A DNA stretch of 64,000 nucleotides, taken from assembly GCA_000182565.2 (NCBI GenBank), contig KQ257457.1; one strand, given 5' to 3'. Below are positions 24,201 to 36,700 of the stretch, piece by piece. The translations under genes and the position numbers were made by a program. Each line of letters starts with the position of its first letter. The stretch's first letter is position 1. Under the pieces are notes generated by a model that saw only the letters and a program-made list of their open reading frames with translations, had not been told where the DNA came from and ran no database searches. Source of the DNA: Spizellomyces punctatus DAOM BR117. Lineage: Eukaryota.

Positions 24201-24420
24201 ACAAGGATATTATTGTCTGCTTGAGTGGACGTGGAGACAAGGATGTCTTGTCCGTTGCTGAGGCACTACCAAAGTTGGGTCCCAAAATTGGCTGGTGCGT
24301 GTACTTTTTCTTCCATAAATTATCCAAATTGTACGTTCAGCTCACCCTGTTTGATCTTGTCCCAGGGATCTGCGATTTGAGGGAGGACATGGCGCCATGA
24401 AACCAAAGGAAGAAGCCTAA
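21279..24420 (+). CDS. TRP5: Tryptophan synthase, fused alpha+beta, multi-exon
   Basis: Alpha: [32 protein letters not shown]. Beta: [54 protein letters not shown]. Confidence 0.97.
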
Positions 24421-24568
24421 AGTTCTCAAGTACCCTCAGAATCTGCAATTTGTAAAACTGGTCACGTTCACACATTTAGAGAGAGTATCATATTTACTAT
24501 TCCACTATTCACATCGTTCATGTACAAAATGGCCGTATGGCCATACCTCTTCTCTATGGCTGGGAGTA

Positions 24569-27500
24569 TCATCTTCCAGTGCTGTAATACTAATCCAGTA
24601 TGAATGTAAGGGGAATAGAGGGTTGTGTACCTCATGTCAAACTTACTTCATTGAAACTTAGTCGGACGCTTAGAGCTCGGAGTGTCTCATCAGCATGCTC
24701 CGCCAACAGTTCCATAAAATTTGACAGCTCCTCCTACCAAAGGCAATATGCTTTAAAAAGCAACCCGATGTGGTGCGCTGCCTGCTTGAGAACATACCCG
24801 GAATCGCTCAGCACCACGGTTCAATTCCGCCCGTATATTCTCTAAAGATTCCGTCCCGTCCTCCTCAGGTAATAAGTCTCCGTCCGCATGTATGTGGGAA
24901 ATATCAAAACTTCGCTACAAATTTCACCATCCAACAACCTGTCAACTTTCAAAGACGCTAAACAAACAAATATTTGGACCAACCTCCCGAAAGTCCAGAT
25001 TCGCTCTCTGTTCTTGTCGAGCGAGCGCAGTCCCATACTTGTGTAAACGCTCCTATAAGAAATCCAGACCGTCAATATTATTGCCTTAAATTGAGACTTT
25101 TCTTTCTAATTAGCCATTCACCTGTGCCTCCCGAAACTCCAAGATCACATCAACAATCTTGAACAACGTTGGCGGCTCATCCTAATAAAAACGACACTTA
25201 GCTTGCATAAACACAAAAATATTCAGCGCGCCTACTACCTTGTGCTTTCGAGCTCCCAGCATGCTTTTAGATATGATGGTGTTGAGGTATCGTAGGTACC
25301 CCCGAATAAGGAGATCCATGTCCGGTTTGCTCGCAATCAGAGTCTTCAGCTCGTCCCATGAACACTCCAAGACCTTGCAAGTACGATCAATTAAGCAAAC
25401 TTACAAAGCCACCAAATGGAAACAAGANNNNNNNNNNNNNNNNNNNNNNNNNNNNNNNNNNNNNNNNNNNNNNNNNNNNNNNNNNNNNNNNNNNNNNNNN
25501 NNNNNNNNNNNNNNNNNNNNNNNNNNNAATTCCAGCACTTGCAGACGTACTTGGCGAGTGTCGAAGATTCTGCGCTAATCTCATCCGTGGCTTCCAGGTA
25601 GATGACAACGCATGCTCCACGCGCTTCATCTTCCACAGAAAGTTGGATATCTTCTTGCACAGGTGCATTGCGGTGTTATTGATGACAGTATTAATGGGAG
25701 ATTGCAGTTGGTAGACGAGCGTGAAGACATCCCATCCAATGTCTCCAGGTGAACTCTGCACGGATAACAGGTCATCCATGGCTCTTGTAACGATTACACT
25801 CGTGTGTATCAAATCCATACCTGCAACATCCGGACATCGAGCCGTGAGGTTATATCTGGGTCGTCATACTGAGCGTTCGACATTCGAATCCCTGTTTCGA
25901 GAGAGGATGCTAGATTGTGCCGGAAGAGGGTATTTGCTGGCTTTGTGAGAGCGACGCTGCATACCGACGCGTTAGTTTCGATGACTGCACAGCACTGAAA
26001 ACATCCGTGTGAGCTCACCCGATCTCATCGACAACATATTGGATAAGGTCGCCTTGTCCCAGGAAGAGGTATTTCCTGATCGCCTCCAAGTGCTCCATAA
26101 GCTTATATTTTGTCAACAAGCTGTCGATGACTTTCTGCGTCGTCGCTGTGTAGGCTTTATTGATCATATCCCGGAGCGTGTGGTAATTGCCGTATTCAAA
26201 TCCTTGATCGAAGATTTAGAAGGGTGAAGAGCGTGTGTTAAGCTACATAAGCGTACCTTGGGCATTTTGTCCCTGCTGGCTACTCATGATCACATACTCG
26301 CTATCCCCACATTGACTTCGCAAGAAATTCAGGTTCTTGCCTATCATGAATATCTACGTTACGGTAAGCCAGGATCGAAAAAAAAAGAAAATGGATAATG
26401 GAAATCATTGAGACGCACCTTCTTGGCGACCATTGGCTCAATGAAAGACGGTATCATGTTTTCTCTCATACTGTACGAGACCTCCCAAAAGTCTTCTTCT
26501 TTGCCAACGGGATGCCCAACAATAAAGAATTCGTCGAAAGGATCGTCAAGCTGTCCTTCATATATCCACAGTTTGAGCATATTGTAAAAAGGTTTGCAGA
26601 CCTGTCGCATGGCACAGACTCAACCGTTAATGGAAACTAATAGGATAGTAGCTCTCTGCCCGCCTTACGTCAGACATCAAGTGATGAATAAATTGCTGAA
26701 TGAAGGGATCGCCATGATGAACATAGTCATGAAGTGTCGCCAAAAGCTCTCCACCCCGATCATCTATTGTCAAATCGTGTGTTCAGCATACGTAGCCATA
26801 TCGGAGAACAAGATACCCCAACTTACCGATACACAGATCCACCAAAACCCCCATGACCCGCAATCGTTGCAACGGATCCTGTGTCCATACGTATAACCGC
26901 TTTAAAGTCAAGGATGGACGGGAAGCAGATTTTTCATCATCTGATGGTGTTATTTGGGCTTGCAGGATTGCAATGAGTCGATAGTAGTCTGTCATTTCTC
27001 GCTGTATCGCTGAGCAGAAGCTCTGACAAATAGATAAGCAACCAATTGATAGTGTGCGAGGCGAGAAGCAAAAAATACCTGAGCCATTAGCCCTATACCA
27101 GCATGATTTGTTTGAAACTTCAAAAAAGAAGTTATTCTTCTGTAGAGCCATCCAAGTTCGGTCAAGCGGTGGAGAAGTTCACGAAGAGGTTGCGAGATTT
27201 GAACCTGTAAAACCGCCACACTTAGCACACTAGACAACGTGAATTGTTCACCAGCACCATCTTACTTTCTCGTCAATAACGTATGTTTCAGTAGAGTCAT
27301 TGTATTTAATGTATCGCCCGTCTATACCCTGAAAAACGTAGACAATGTCTTGGAGCCATTCTGACTCCAAAACGGTGTTTGAATCTACCAAGGTACAGCG
27401 GTACAAATATGAGTCTGTGTCAATATATACAAGTGTGAGGCATTTGAGCACCCTCACCAGTCCTCCAAGTTTTGAGATATTGCGTATTCTCAGCAAGCCC

Positions 27501-28439
27501 GGGCGGAGGATGTCGTGATGAAGCATCGGATGGCCCATCGTAAGCAGTGGTCTTCCGACAACTATCAGATTTTTCCGATCCCGCATCGGGAATGCTTTCG
27601 AGACCAATGGAAAATAATGTGGAATCCTCATGCTTTGGCAGATTTGTTAACACTAATGTCATTGATCAGCATAAAATGGATCACCAACCTGGTCCGGACC
27701 TGGCAGCCGATTGGCTTGCTCGCTCACCGCTAGCAGAAAGTAGACGCATGCCCATTTGTTCTTCAGTGCGGACTACACAAAAGCTATTTATCAAGTTTGC
27801 TCAGATGCCAAAGACTATGACATTTGCATATACTTTTGTTGTGAGTTTTTGAAAGAGATTGGAAAATTGCATGGCTTTATCCATCGATTTATCGCGCCGT
27901 ATTACTGCGAAAGAGTAGCGGAGTTGAATTCTGCAGTCCTCCAAAGTACATTCTATACTCAGAGCGTCAGTGACATACGTCTTCGTTTAATCGTGTCGGC
28001 AAGGGCAGTGTCATCCGGAAGCACCGCAGCCTCCATACGACTAAGGACAGGTAAGAGGCATCCATGAGTGGCAGTATAATCCACTTTTTACCTACCTACG
28101 CAAAATACGCATACTATATTGGAACGCTCTTTCCAGCTGAAGTTTTCGTCGTTGTGATCCTTGAAGCATGGAAGGATCGGTAAGTGATATGGCCCGTGGT
28201 AAGACAGAGAGACTCTCTACCCAGTCCCCACCTTCTCCTCCCCCAGGGGCTGCACCGGCTTGATTGAAAAAGCGTTCTACGAGAAGGTACATTGTGTGTG
28301 AAATGCTCGCTGGTGTGGTTGAGTCGTGTCGGGTAGGAGGTGAAATGGCATCCGAAGATTGCACAGGATGCATTGACTCAGAGGCCGTGCTGGCGGACGG
28401 TCCGCGAACGTAGAGCCCTTCGCCTAACATATCGTTCAT
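24569..28439 (-). CDS. GCP3: Gamma-tubulin complex component 3 (Spc98), multi-exon, spans the assembly gap; start approximate
   Basis: DIVYVFQGIDGRYI, LLHRLTELGWLY, SLTLKRLYVW, WIYEGQLDDPFDEFFI, IGKNLNFLR, YLFLGQGD, GWDVFTLVY, VLECSWDEL, LSFNEYY. Confidence 0.88.
25428..25527. other. Assembly gap (100 N)
   Basis: Run of N inside the GCP3 gene. Confidence 1.
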
Positions 28440-28802
28440 GAGCGGCCCTGGCTCCTCAGGTCGGTCTAGATGTTTCGGAGAGATCTTGGGTTTTTGTTTG
28501 ACAGAAACGATCCGCGCGTTCCGTCTGCTCACTCGGACTTTTTGTAATGATTCTTTAAATGGCTTTATTGCTTCCGTCCTGCATTTTTCCAAACCTATTT
28601 ACTTTGGGCTTGCAAGCTCTTCATCAGTTGAAGGATGCAGCGTTATTATTGCCTTCTACATAAGAAGCGCATGTGGAATATTTCAGAATCATGTATTTAC
28701 TTCTTCTACATATTTACACTGTCAACTGACAAATATAACCACGCCTGCAAGTGTGAGCCATCCTTCTTCTTCTAATCAAGGCAAAAGCCATCATAAAAGT
28801 AT

Positions 28803-30080
28803 CTATATTGGGTTTTCAGCGGCGGGAAAGTCTTTAATTGTATCATCGTCACTCGTTACGGAATGTACACTGTTTCTTGACGCAGTCTCCCGCTGGTCAT
28901 TGGATATCGATGGAATTTCTCCGAAAGCGCTGAATCCGCTACCTCTCTGAGCCATCTCTGGTTCTAACAGTATGACTGTTTGGGGCGTAGCAATGTCTAT
29001 CTTTTCTGGTCTCTGCAACGTCGGAGGCGATGTAAAATCGATTGTGATCGTGCGCTCATTGGAAGTAGTACGTTCAGGAGGGATCGGCGAGGGAATTGTG
29101 GGAGACTCGCCCAAGTTGTTTTCTTCTTTGGCTTCCGTTGCTGAACTGATGGTTGGACTTGCTGGCAAGCGGAACAGCGATTTGCTCTTTCGAAGGAACG
29201 CCATTGGAGCAAAGGACCGTCCTGACGCTGCAGGTTCGGGCTTTTGAATTAATGGCGCTCCATCACTCTCCAATGCACCACTGCTACCACCCCTCGTATC
29301 TGAGCCACTATTCAAAGTTTCATCCGAATCATTATCCAAAACCGGAACAGGTCGAACCATATTTGCAGCGTCCGTGCCAGTAAAGTCTTTCACCAGTTGC
29401 TGTTTCGATAATCTTTTTCGCCGGTACATTAGTCCGGCAACGCCTAGTGCAGCACCTAGTATTGTGAATATAGGTACTACAATTTTCACAGTCCGCTCCT
29501 TTGATTCAGCTGCGGGACTTTTCGACATGATGGACATTTCTGACATGGTTGCATAGTCACCAGACGTTGATCTAGGTGGCGGTGGACGGGTGTTTATGGA
29601 TGGAGCTGGTCTTGTGGTTGGCAAGCTTGCATCCGTCGAAATGGACGTTGGAGTCTCCTCATACGTCGTACTCATAGGTGATGGGATATTTATTGTATTT
29701 ATTGTACTGATTGTGATATCAGGAGGCGGTGGTGGGAATGATTGAACTATCGGGGTAAACGTAGGTAACTCTGTTGTCGTCGATACTTCTGTGAATGTCT
29801 CCACAGTGAATATTGGGTCTGGTGTCGGCGGATTGGTGATGGAGCTCGGCACTTGTTGGCCTTTAGCCTTGCCCTTGGGTGCCTTTTCCGGTTTCGGCGG
29901 CTTTGGCTGTTTCGGCTCTTTTGGCGCTTTTGGAGGTTTGCCGGTATCTTCGGCACCGTTGCCAGTATCCTCGCCTTGGTCATCCTCGCCTCCGCCGCCC
30001 TCGTCCTGAGGTACTGGTGAGGATCTCACGACGATGAGGGATAAAAGGAGGAACAAGAGTATGTAGTAGGCCCTTCTCAT
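28803..30080 (-). CDS. Single-pass membrane protein with Pro/Thr-rich (mucin-like) ectodomain, intronless
   Basis: Signal peptide MRRAYYILLFLLLSLIVVRS; P/T/S-rich stalk; TM IVVPIFTILGAALGVAGLMY followed by RRKR; disordered cytoplasmic tail. Confidence 0.75.
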   Translation of the reverse strand: MRRAYYILLFLLLSLIVVRSSPVPQDEGGGGEDDQGEDTGNGAEDTGKPPKAPKEPKQPKPPKPEKAPKGKAKGQQVPSSITNPPTPDPIFTVETFTEVSTTTELPTFTPIVQSFPPPPPDITISTINTINIPSPMSTTYEETPTSISTDASLPTTRPAPSINTRPPPPRSTSGDYATMSEMSIMSKSPAAESKERTVKIVVPIFTILGAALGVAGLMYRRKRLSKQQLVKDFTGTDAANMVRPVPVLDNDSDETLNSGSDTRGGSSGALESDGAPLIQKPEPAASGRSFAPMAFLRKSKSLFRLPASPTISSATEAKEENNLGESPTIPSPIPPERTTSNERTITIDFTSPPTLQRPEKIDIATPQTVILLEPEMAQRGSGFSAFGEIPSISNDQRETASRNSVHSVTSDDDTIKDFPAAENPI

Positions 30081-31032
30081 CCTGGTGGTCAACTACAAAA
30101 GTTACTTGGGTAGAAAATTCCAGGAAGATGTTTGCCTGTTGTTTTCCCTTTAACCTTTTCATGTCTTGCCATCTTGTCATCTTTTTTCTTTCTGCACTGC
30201 AAGCGCCAATTGAAATGATAATCACCGTGTTCATTTCACCCCCCAGCCAAACTTCAAACAATTTCCAGATTTTAACAGGCGCGCTTCTTTACTCGAAACA
30301 AAACAAAAAGAATAAGACCTTGGGGAAATTGCTAAAGGCCTTTGAGTGGTTTTACCATTAGAGTGTGTGTTGCAAGTCAAACAGCGGTTTGCATTTCTTG
30401 CAGTGGAGTTTTCTTTTGCTTTTCAATAGCTGCACGTTTTACCAATAGCAAAGGTTACAAGTTGTGTGGAGGGGCATAACGCCAATTAATTATGTGCAAG
30501 GCTGCTAGCAATTGGAACGAGGCTTTATTGTATGGTGGAATGGCATTTCCATCGAAAAGTAGTTTACCTTGAACATTCCTTTGTTTCTTCTGGTCATTGC
30601 AACTGATGGCAATGCTTTGCGCATGCTACCGTGGTAGATACGGAACTCGTTGTTGCATAGTCTTTTGGTCAGAACTCAAAACTGTTTTGACGCAAGACCT
30701 AAAGGACTAATCTTTTCAATTGCAATCTATCCCGCCTTCCAAGAACTCTTGACTCTTCAATAACCCAATTCCCTTTCAGCACATTGTCCATATGAGAGCC
30801 TTATGTGCCTTTTCTCTCGTTGAGAACCCCTAGTTTTGCCAATGCTCTCCAGCTGCTCGTTCAAAAAACAAAAAAGAAAGGCTTCAAACGTCGTCGTCGT
30901 CGTCAGTCGTCGTGTCGTGTCGCGTCGCGTCTCACGGAAGAATGATCTGGCCTCATCCCCACCTTCCTTGCTGCTGTGGTCAGAGTTGACATGAAGTGTA
31001 CGTGACAAACCTCACTTGAACGAGTCATTATC

Positions 31033-33610
31033 ATGTACTTACCTCGCTTCATTATGGGAAATGCAGTACTAGTATCCTTCCAGTTTTGTCTTGCGCTAGG
31101 CATACTTGCCTGGGTTCTGCCAGTAGCCATCAGTGCCAATGGCGCTCAAATCGTTCTTGGCACGGAACCTATTGAACAAACGGCGAAACATGGCTCGGCC
31201 AAAAAGTTTCTCAAACGTGTCAACAAACGACTAGACGTCCTCTCTGCAGAGACTTCGGAAGCAGCCTGGGCCTACGAAACCAATATTACCGACCACAATT
31301 CGGATCTTGCCACAGAAGCTCAGCTGAAAATGAACAAGGTAGTGTCGCATCAGTGAACGATAAAATGTGGCGACAATTGATAGTGTTCAATACAGGCGTT
31401 GATGAAGATCATCGCAGATTCTTCAGGCTACAAAGGCAAATCAAAGTCGGAAAAGCGGCAACTTCATCTCATCAAGCTCTTGGGAGGAATGCCTGATAGC
31501 AAAGATGATCAAAAGGAATTGGCAGATTTGCAGGCAGAGATGACCAAGATCTATAGTACAGCAAAATACCTAGGCGCTCCACTTGATCCGAACCTCACTG
31601 ATACGTTGGCCACCTCTCGTGACTATGATGTTCTATTGAGCACTTATATTGGTAATGATGAGATATTGTTATATTTGACTGCAATGGTGCTGATGATAGC
31701 CCGTTCTTTAAAAACATCCAGGCTGGAGAAACGTCACCGGCCCGTTCATCAAACCCTTGTACGAGAAGTTTGTGACTCTGTCCAACCAAGGCGCCCACGA
31801 CAATGGATATGATGATGCAGGCGCTCTATGGTATGTTTTGGCATAGGTGAAAAGTAGTCGAGCTGAATACACCCCGTCTCTGATATCACCATTCAGGCGC
31901 GCAGGATATGATATGAGCTCAGAAGATTTCACCGAATTGATCGAAAAGGTGTGGAATCAGGTCCTCCCGCTTTACGAACAGCTTCACTGCTATGTCCGTG
32001 CAAAGTTGGCTGAAAAATATGGAAAAGATCGTGTGGAGCTTGAAGACGGATTCATGCCAGCACATTTGTTAGGTAGGAGGAGGGAAGCAACGAATGCTTG
32101 CCGTCCCAAAACTAACGTAACATCCGCCATGGTGACCATAGGAAACATGTGGAGCCAGGTCAGCATGAACTCTCTCGGAGACTTGTTGACTTTACTTATT
32201 GATGTATATCGTGCCACTTGCAGGACTGGAGCCACATTTACGACCTCTTGATTCCGTACACCGATGTTCTGCCAATAGGTATATTGCAAATGTATTAAGC
32301 GGAAACGGATGATTGTGTCCTCATTGACAAATTGTTGTCCAGACGTTACTCCTGAACTGGTCAAGCAGGGCTACGATGCTTACTCCATGCATCGGCTCTC
32401 TGAAAGCTTTTATAAATCCCTCGGATATGACCGTATGTTCCTTAATTCCTCGATTGTATGCCCTAATTAAAGTGTCTTTTGATAGCACTCCCACAAACAT
32501 TTTGGACGAAAAGCATGTTAACACGTCCCGCTGACCGCGAGGTGGTGTGTCATGCAAGGTGAATGTCCGACATACTTGACGCTGGCTCTGCGATAGTGCT
32601 GATTCATCCCACTTAGTGCCTGGGATTTTGGCAACGACGATCTGCGAATCAAAATGTGCACGACGGTGACTCAGGAGGATCTCCTTACAATTCATCATGA
32701 ACAAGGTAACAATGCAAGTCATGAGGTTTTTTTATTCTGTATGATAGAGTGACATAACCTCTATATTTTTCCAAAGGTCATCTCTACTACGACCATCATT
32801 ATCGCAAACAACCCGCCCTTTATCGCGATGCGGCTGCCGACTTCTTTCACGAGGTTTGTTCTCCCACTATGTCTGATTTTAACAACATCGCTTGCATTTA
32901 CTTTCAAACTATCAGGCCATTGGCGATACCATGGAGCTCTCGGTTGTGGTACCTCAACATCTGAAGGAAATTGGGTTAATCAAGGGCGACATCAAAGACT
33001 CTCCTGAGCAGACAATCAACGCTCAACTTGCAGTCGCTCTGACCAAGATTGCCGTTCTCCCTTGGGTTTACTTGGTCGATCAATGGTTTGTACACGTAGC
33101 TCTGTGGAACCATGTCATGATACAGCTTTAAATCCTTACATTGTGTTCAGGCGCTGGAAGGTCTTTAGCGGAGAAGTGAAACCAGAGGACTATCAAACGG
33201 CTTGGATCAAACTCGTCGAGAAATATCAAGGACTCAAACGCCCGTATCCTTCCACTCCCGATGACTTTGATCCCGGTGCAAAGTTCCACATTCCCGCCAA
33301 CGTGCCATACATTAGATACTTTGGAGCAGCTCTTATCCAGTTTCAATTTCACGCCGCCCTCTGCAAGACCGCTGGGCATGAAGGCCCTCTGCACACATGC
33401 TCCATATATGGGAACAAAAAGGCTGGCAAGCAGTTTGCTAAAATGCTCAGCCTGGGTCGGTCCAAAACTTGGCAGGAGGCACTCAGGACTGCTTCTCGCG
33501 GGGAATTTGACACGCTTGACGGTGGGCCTATCCTAGAGTACTTTACGCCTCTAAGGGAGTGGTTGGAAAAGCAGAATGAAGGGAGAACATGTGGATGGAA
33601 AAAGGATTGA
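31033..33610 (+). CDS. Angiotensin-converting enzyme-like peptidyl-dipeptidase (peptidase M2), secreted, single domain, multi-exon
   Basis: Signal peptide; [56 protein letters not shown] (HEXXH), [36 protein letters not shown]. Confidence 0.93.
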
Positions 33611-33797
33611 AGATTTTGTTCATTCATTTCAACTGTCAAACGTAGGCAGAAGAATACATTTGTCTGCAGTATTGAAATTGCCTGTACCCTATCATATTAT
33701 ATCTGTTTTGCGATATACAAGATTTTTTTATGCTGAGAAATGAATGTTAAGAATACTATTTACAGGTGGGCGCACCAAGTTAAATACCGTCACTTCT

Positions 33798-36700
33798 CTA
33801 CCGCTTGCCACGCTCAAGCAACTCGTTCACCACGGGTTCCAAATCCGGCCACCTGGTTTTCACAGTAGTTTGCACTTTTGAAACCAAATGGGGAGCATTG
33901 GCTTTCATAAGCTTCTCCATGATCGTTCGTATCGTCTTTGGTGTTGGTCGTGCCGGGTACCCCTGCCTGTCCATGAGGGTAAACACTTTGACGCTACCGA
34001 ATAAATCACCACAGCGCATCAAAGCTTCTATGTAGGAATTGCACATGTTTTCTGTAGGCCAATGCTTCCATCGCCAAGGTTGCAATGCTGACTTTTCGCT
34101 AGAGTTTTCTACAGGCGTGGACTCTAGTGTTGATGCTTCACCCTCCACTGCGTTCCGCTCCCCTTGGGTGTCCCGCATGCTCAAAACCTCCTTCCACACA
34201 TTCCGAACATTAACTACACCCAACGCCCTATCTCCGCTCCATTTCCCTTTACCAGCGACATTGCCCGCGAGATCAATGAAGCAACATACAGTCGCTTCAT
34301 TAACAAGTTCGTCTGCGCTCCTTGTCCGTGGTCGTCGTGTGAGAAAGCCCACTTTGGGCCCGACCCACTCTGTACCCTTTGTAGCCCAATCCCACAAGAT
34401 ACCCGCTTCCTCGACCCATTCCGCTTTTAGGCATATCTTCATTGCTGTGCCCACTGTCACATCATCCACTTTTGGGGCAGCGATTCGGGAGAGGAACGAC
34501 ATTGCCGCAAGATGGTTGCCTTTCATGCAGTGAGCGTTAGCCAGCATATGAAGGAGTTGCGTATCTGGAGAATTTGGCAAGCGAGCCATCAATGGCGAGA
34601 TTGCTGTTGATGCCCGAGACATGGGCCGCTTCAAAGACTGTGATGGTCTGTTTTTTTTCACAGATAGCGTGGCTTCAATCATGGCCTTTTCGGCGCCACT
34701 TAGATCATCAGCGGTAATATAAGCGGCTACAAGATGTCGCCATGTCACTTGGTCTGGATCCATGCCGTCGACTGTCATACGGTCCATCCACTTTCGCGCC
34801 TGATCCACTTTTCCGCTTGACGCAAAAACTTTCATGACCGAGTGATGAAACAGCATAGAGGGTCTGAGATCGCTCGAACGCAAAGTTTCGTTCAACACTT
34901 GCATCAAGGCAGGTTCATCGTCTGCCTTTCCAAACGCCGCAATCAGGTTGATGAATGTTGCTTCTGTAGGCTTCAAGCCCACTGCTAACATGTTCTTCCA
35001 TCGCTTCTGTGCCAGTTTGGCATCACCAGCCATGGCGGCATGTTCGATTAAGAGGTTATGGGTATGCGCGGTGGGGGTTAATTTGTGGGAAGAAAAACTG
35101 GCCATCCAACGATCGACCTCACGATCCGGAAATGGAACCTGTTGCGATTTCAGGGAAGATGATAATAGGGTATTGAAGGTCACCGCATCAGGCGTCGTTT
35201 TCCCTTCCACCTCCATCTCTTCATACTTTTGACAGCACCGCCAATATTCACCGACTTCTTTCCAACCGGCCAAAATGATATTCCAATCGAGTGTATCCAT
35301 TGTCTGATTGCCTTTGCGAATTACGCCCTCGCATTTCTCAGGCTCGCCCAACTTTGCGTATGTGCGCGCTACCGTTCGTCGCCAGACAACGTCAGTATCG
35401 ATACCCTCTTTCTCCATCTCCTGCTTCAGCTTTTCAACATCCCCAATACTTTCACAAGTAGCTAAAAGGGCGGTATATGTAACCAAATCTGGCTTCAGCC
35501 CCGCTTTTGCCATGGACGTCAGGGCTAGCTTGGCGCCCTTCACATCACCTTTCTTTCCTAATCCAGCAATAAGGTCATTGTATGCCCACGTATCGGGTTT
35601 GGTATTGGCTTCAAGAACGGATCCCAGCTGATCCAAGACCGACAAAGCATCCTGAGGTTTTCCTGCTTCAACGTATGCTTTCACGACCAAGTTTTGCACA
35701 ATGACATCGGGTACGACCCCAGCCGCTACGATGCGGCACACCAGATCAAGGACAGACGCAAATTCGCCGCGTTTAGCCAGTTCAGTCATTAAATCGACGT
35801 AAAATGATTCCGATAATTCTATGCCCATCTTCATTGTTCTATCGAGCAACAAGAACCCAGTCTCCATATGGCCAAACTTGATAGCTTCAATAATTGCTCG
35901 CGACATTGCGGTGTAACAATTCGCACGTCCGAGCTCGATTATTCTGAAACATGCTGACTCTGCTTTTTCGGGCAATCCCTGGCGTGCATACAGAATGGCA
36001 AGGCTCTCGTACATGCCGGCATCTACTTTATCACCCGCATCCAAAAGAACCTGTTCAGCTTCCATCTGCATCCCCGCAGAACAAAGTGCGCTAATCACAC
36101 GGCCGCGTTGGGCAATGGGTATACACGGATCCCTCTCCTTGAGGTGTGTGTACGCCTTCCAGACGCCCGCACCGTCCTGAGCGGATGTCATGCATTCGAG
36201 AGCAATTGCAAATACTTTCTGCAAAAGACGTTGAGTTTCATCGGTTTTGCCTGGAAAGCGAGCCACATCGTCTAAGCAGCGATTGAGAAAGCCCAAAGGC
36301 CACTTCATTTGATGCGAACCAAATATTGCTTGGTATACTGTGAGTGAGATTACGACGCCGTGTGCTGTTAGCACATCGTACCAACTAGAAAATGACACGG
36401 CATCCCTCCTTGCATAAGCATACATCAACAACTTTGCAGCTCCTTCGGCAGTCGGTAGACGCGGCGCTTGTCCAATAACCTTCCCAACTAATTTTGATCC
36501 CAGAGTGCCATCAAATTCTCTCAAGATGTTGAATACAAAGCGCCACGCGGCATGCTCTGGCGTTATCCTCTTCGACACGGCATCATCTAATACCCATTCA
36601 AAGTCCGCAATTTTGTCGCTGATTTGGTTCAGACCTTTTGCCATTTGTACTACTATATCCTCCTGGAATGACATACCCTCCAACACCGATGTCCTGTATA

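Noticed and set aside
25240-25818. ORFs containing X runs
   Set aside because: Artefacts of translating through the 100-N gap; the region belongs to GCP3.
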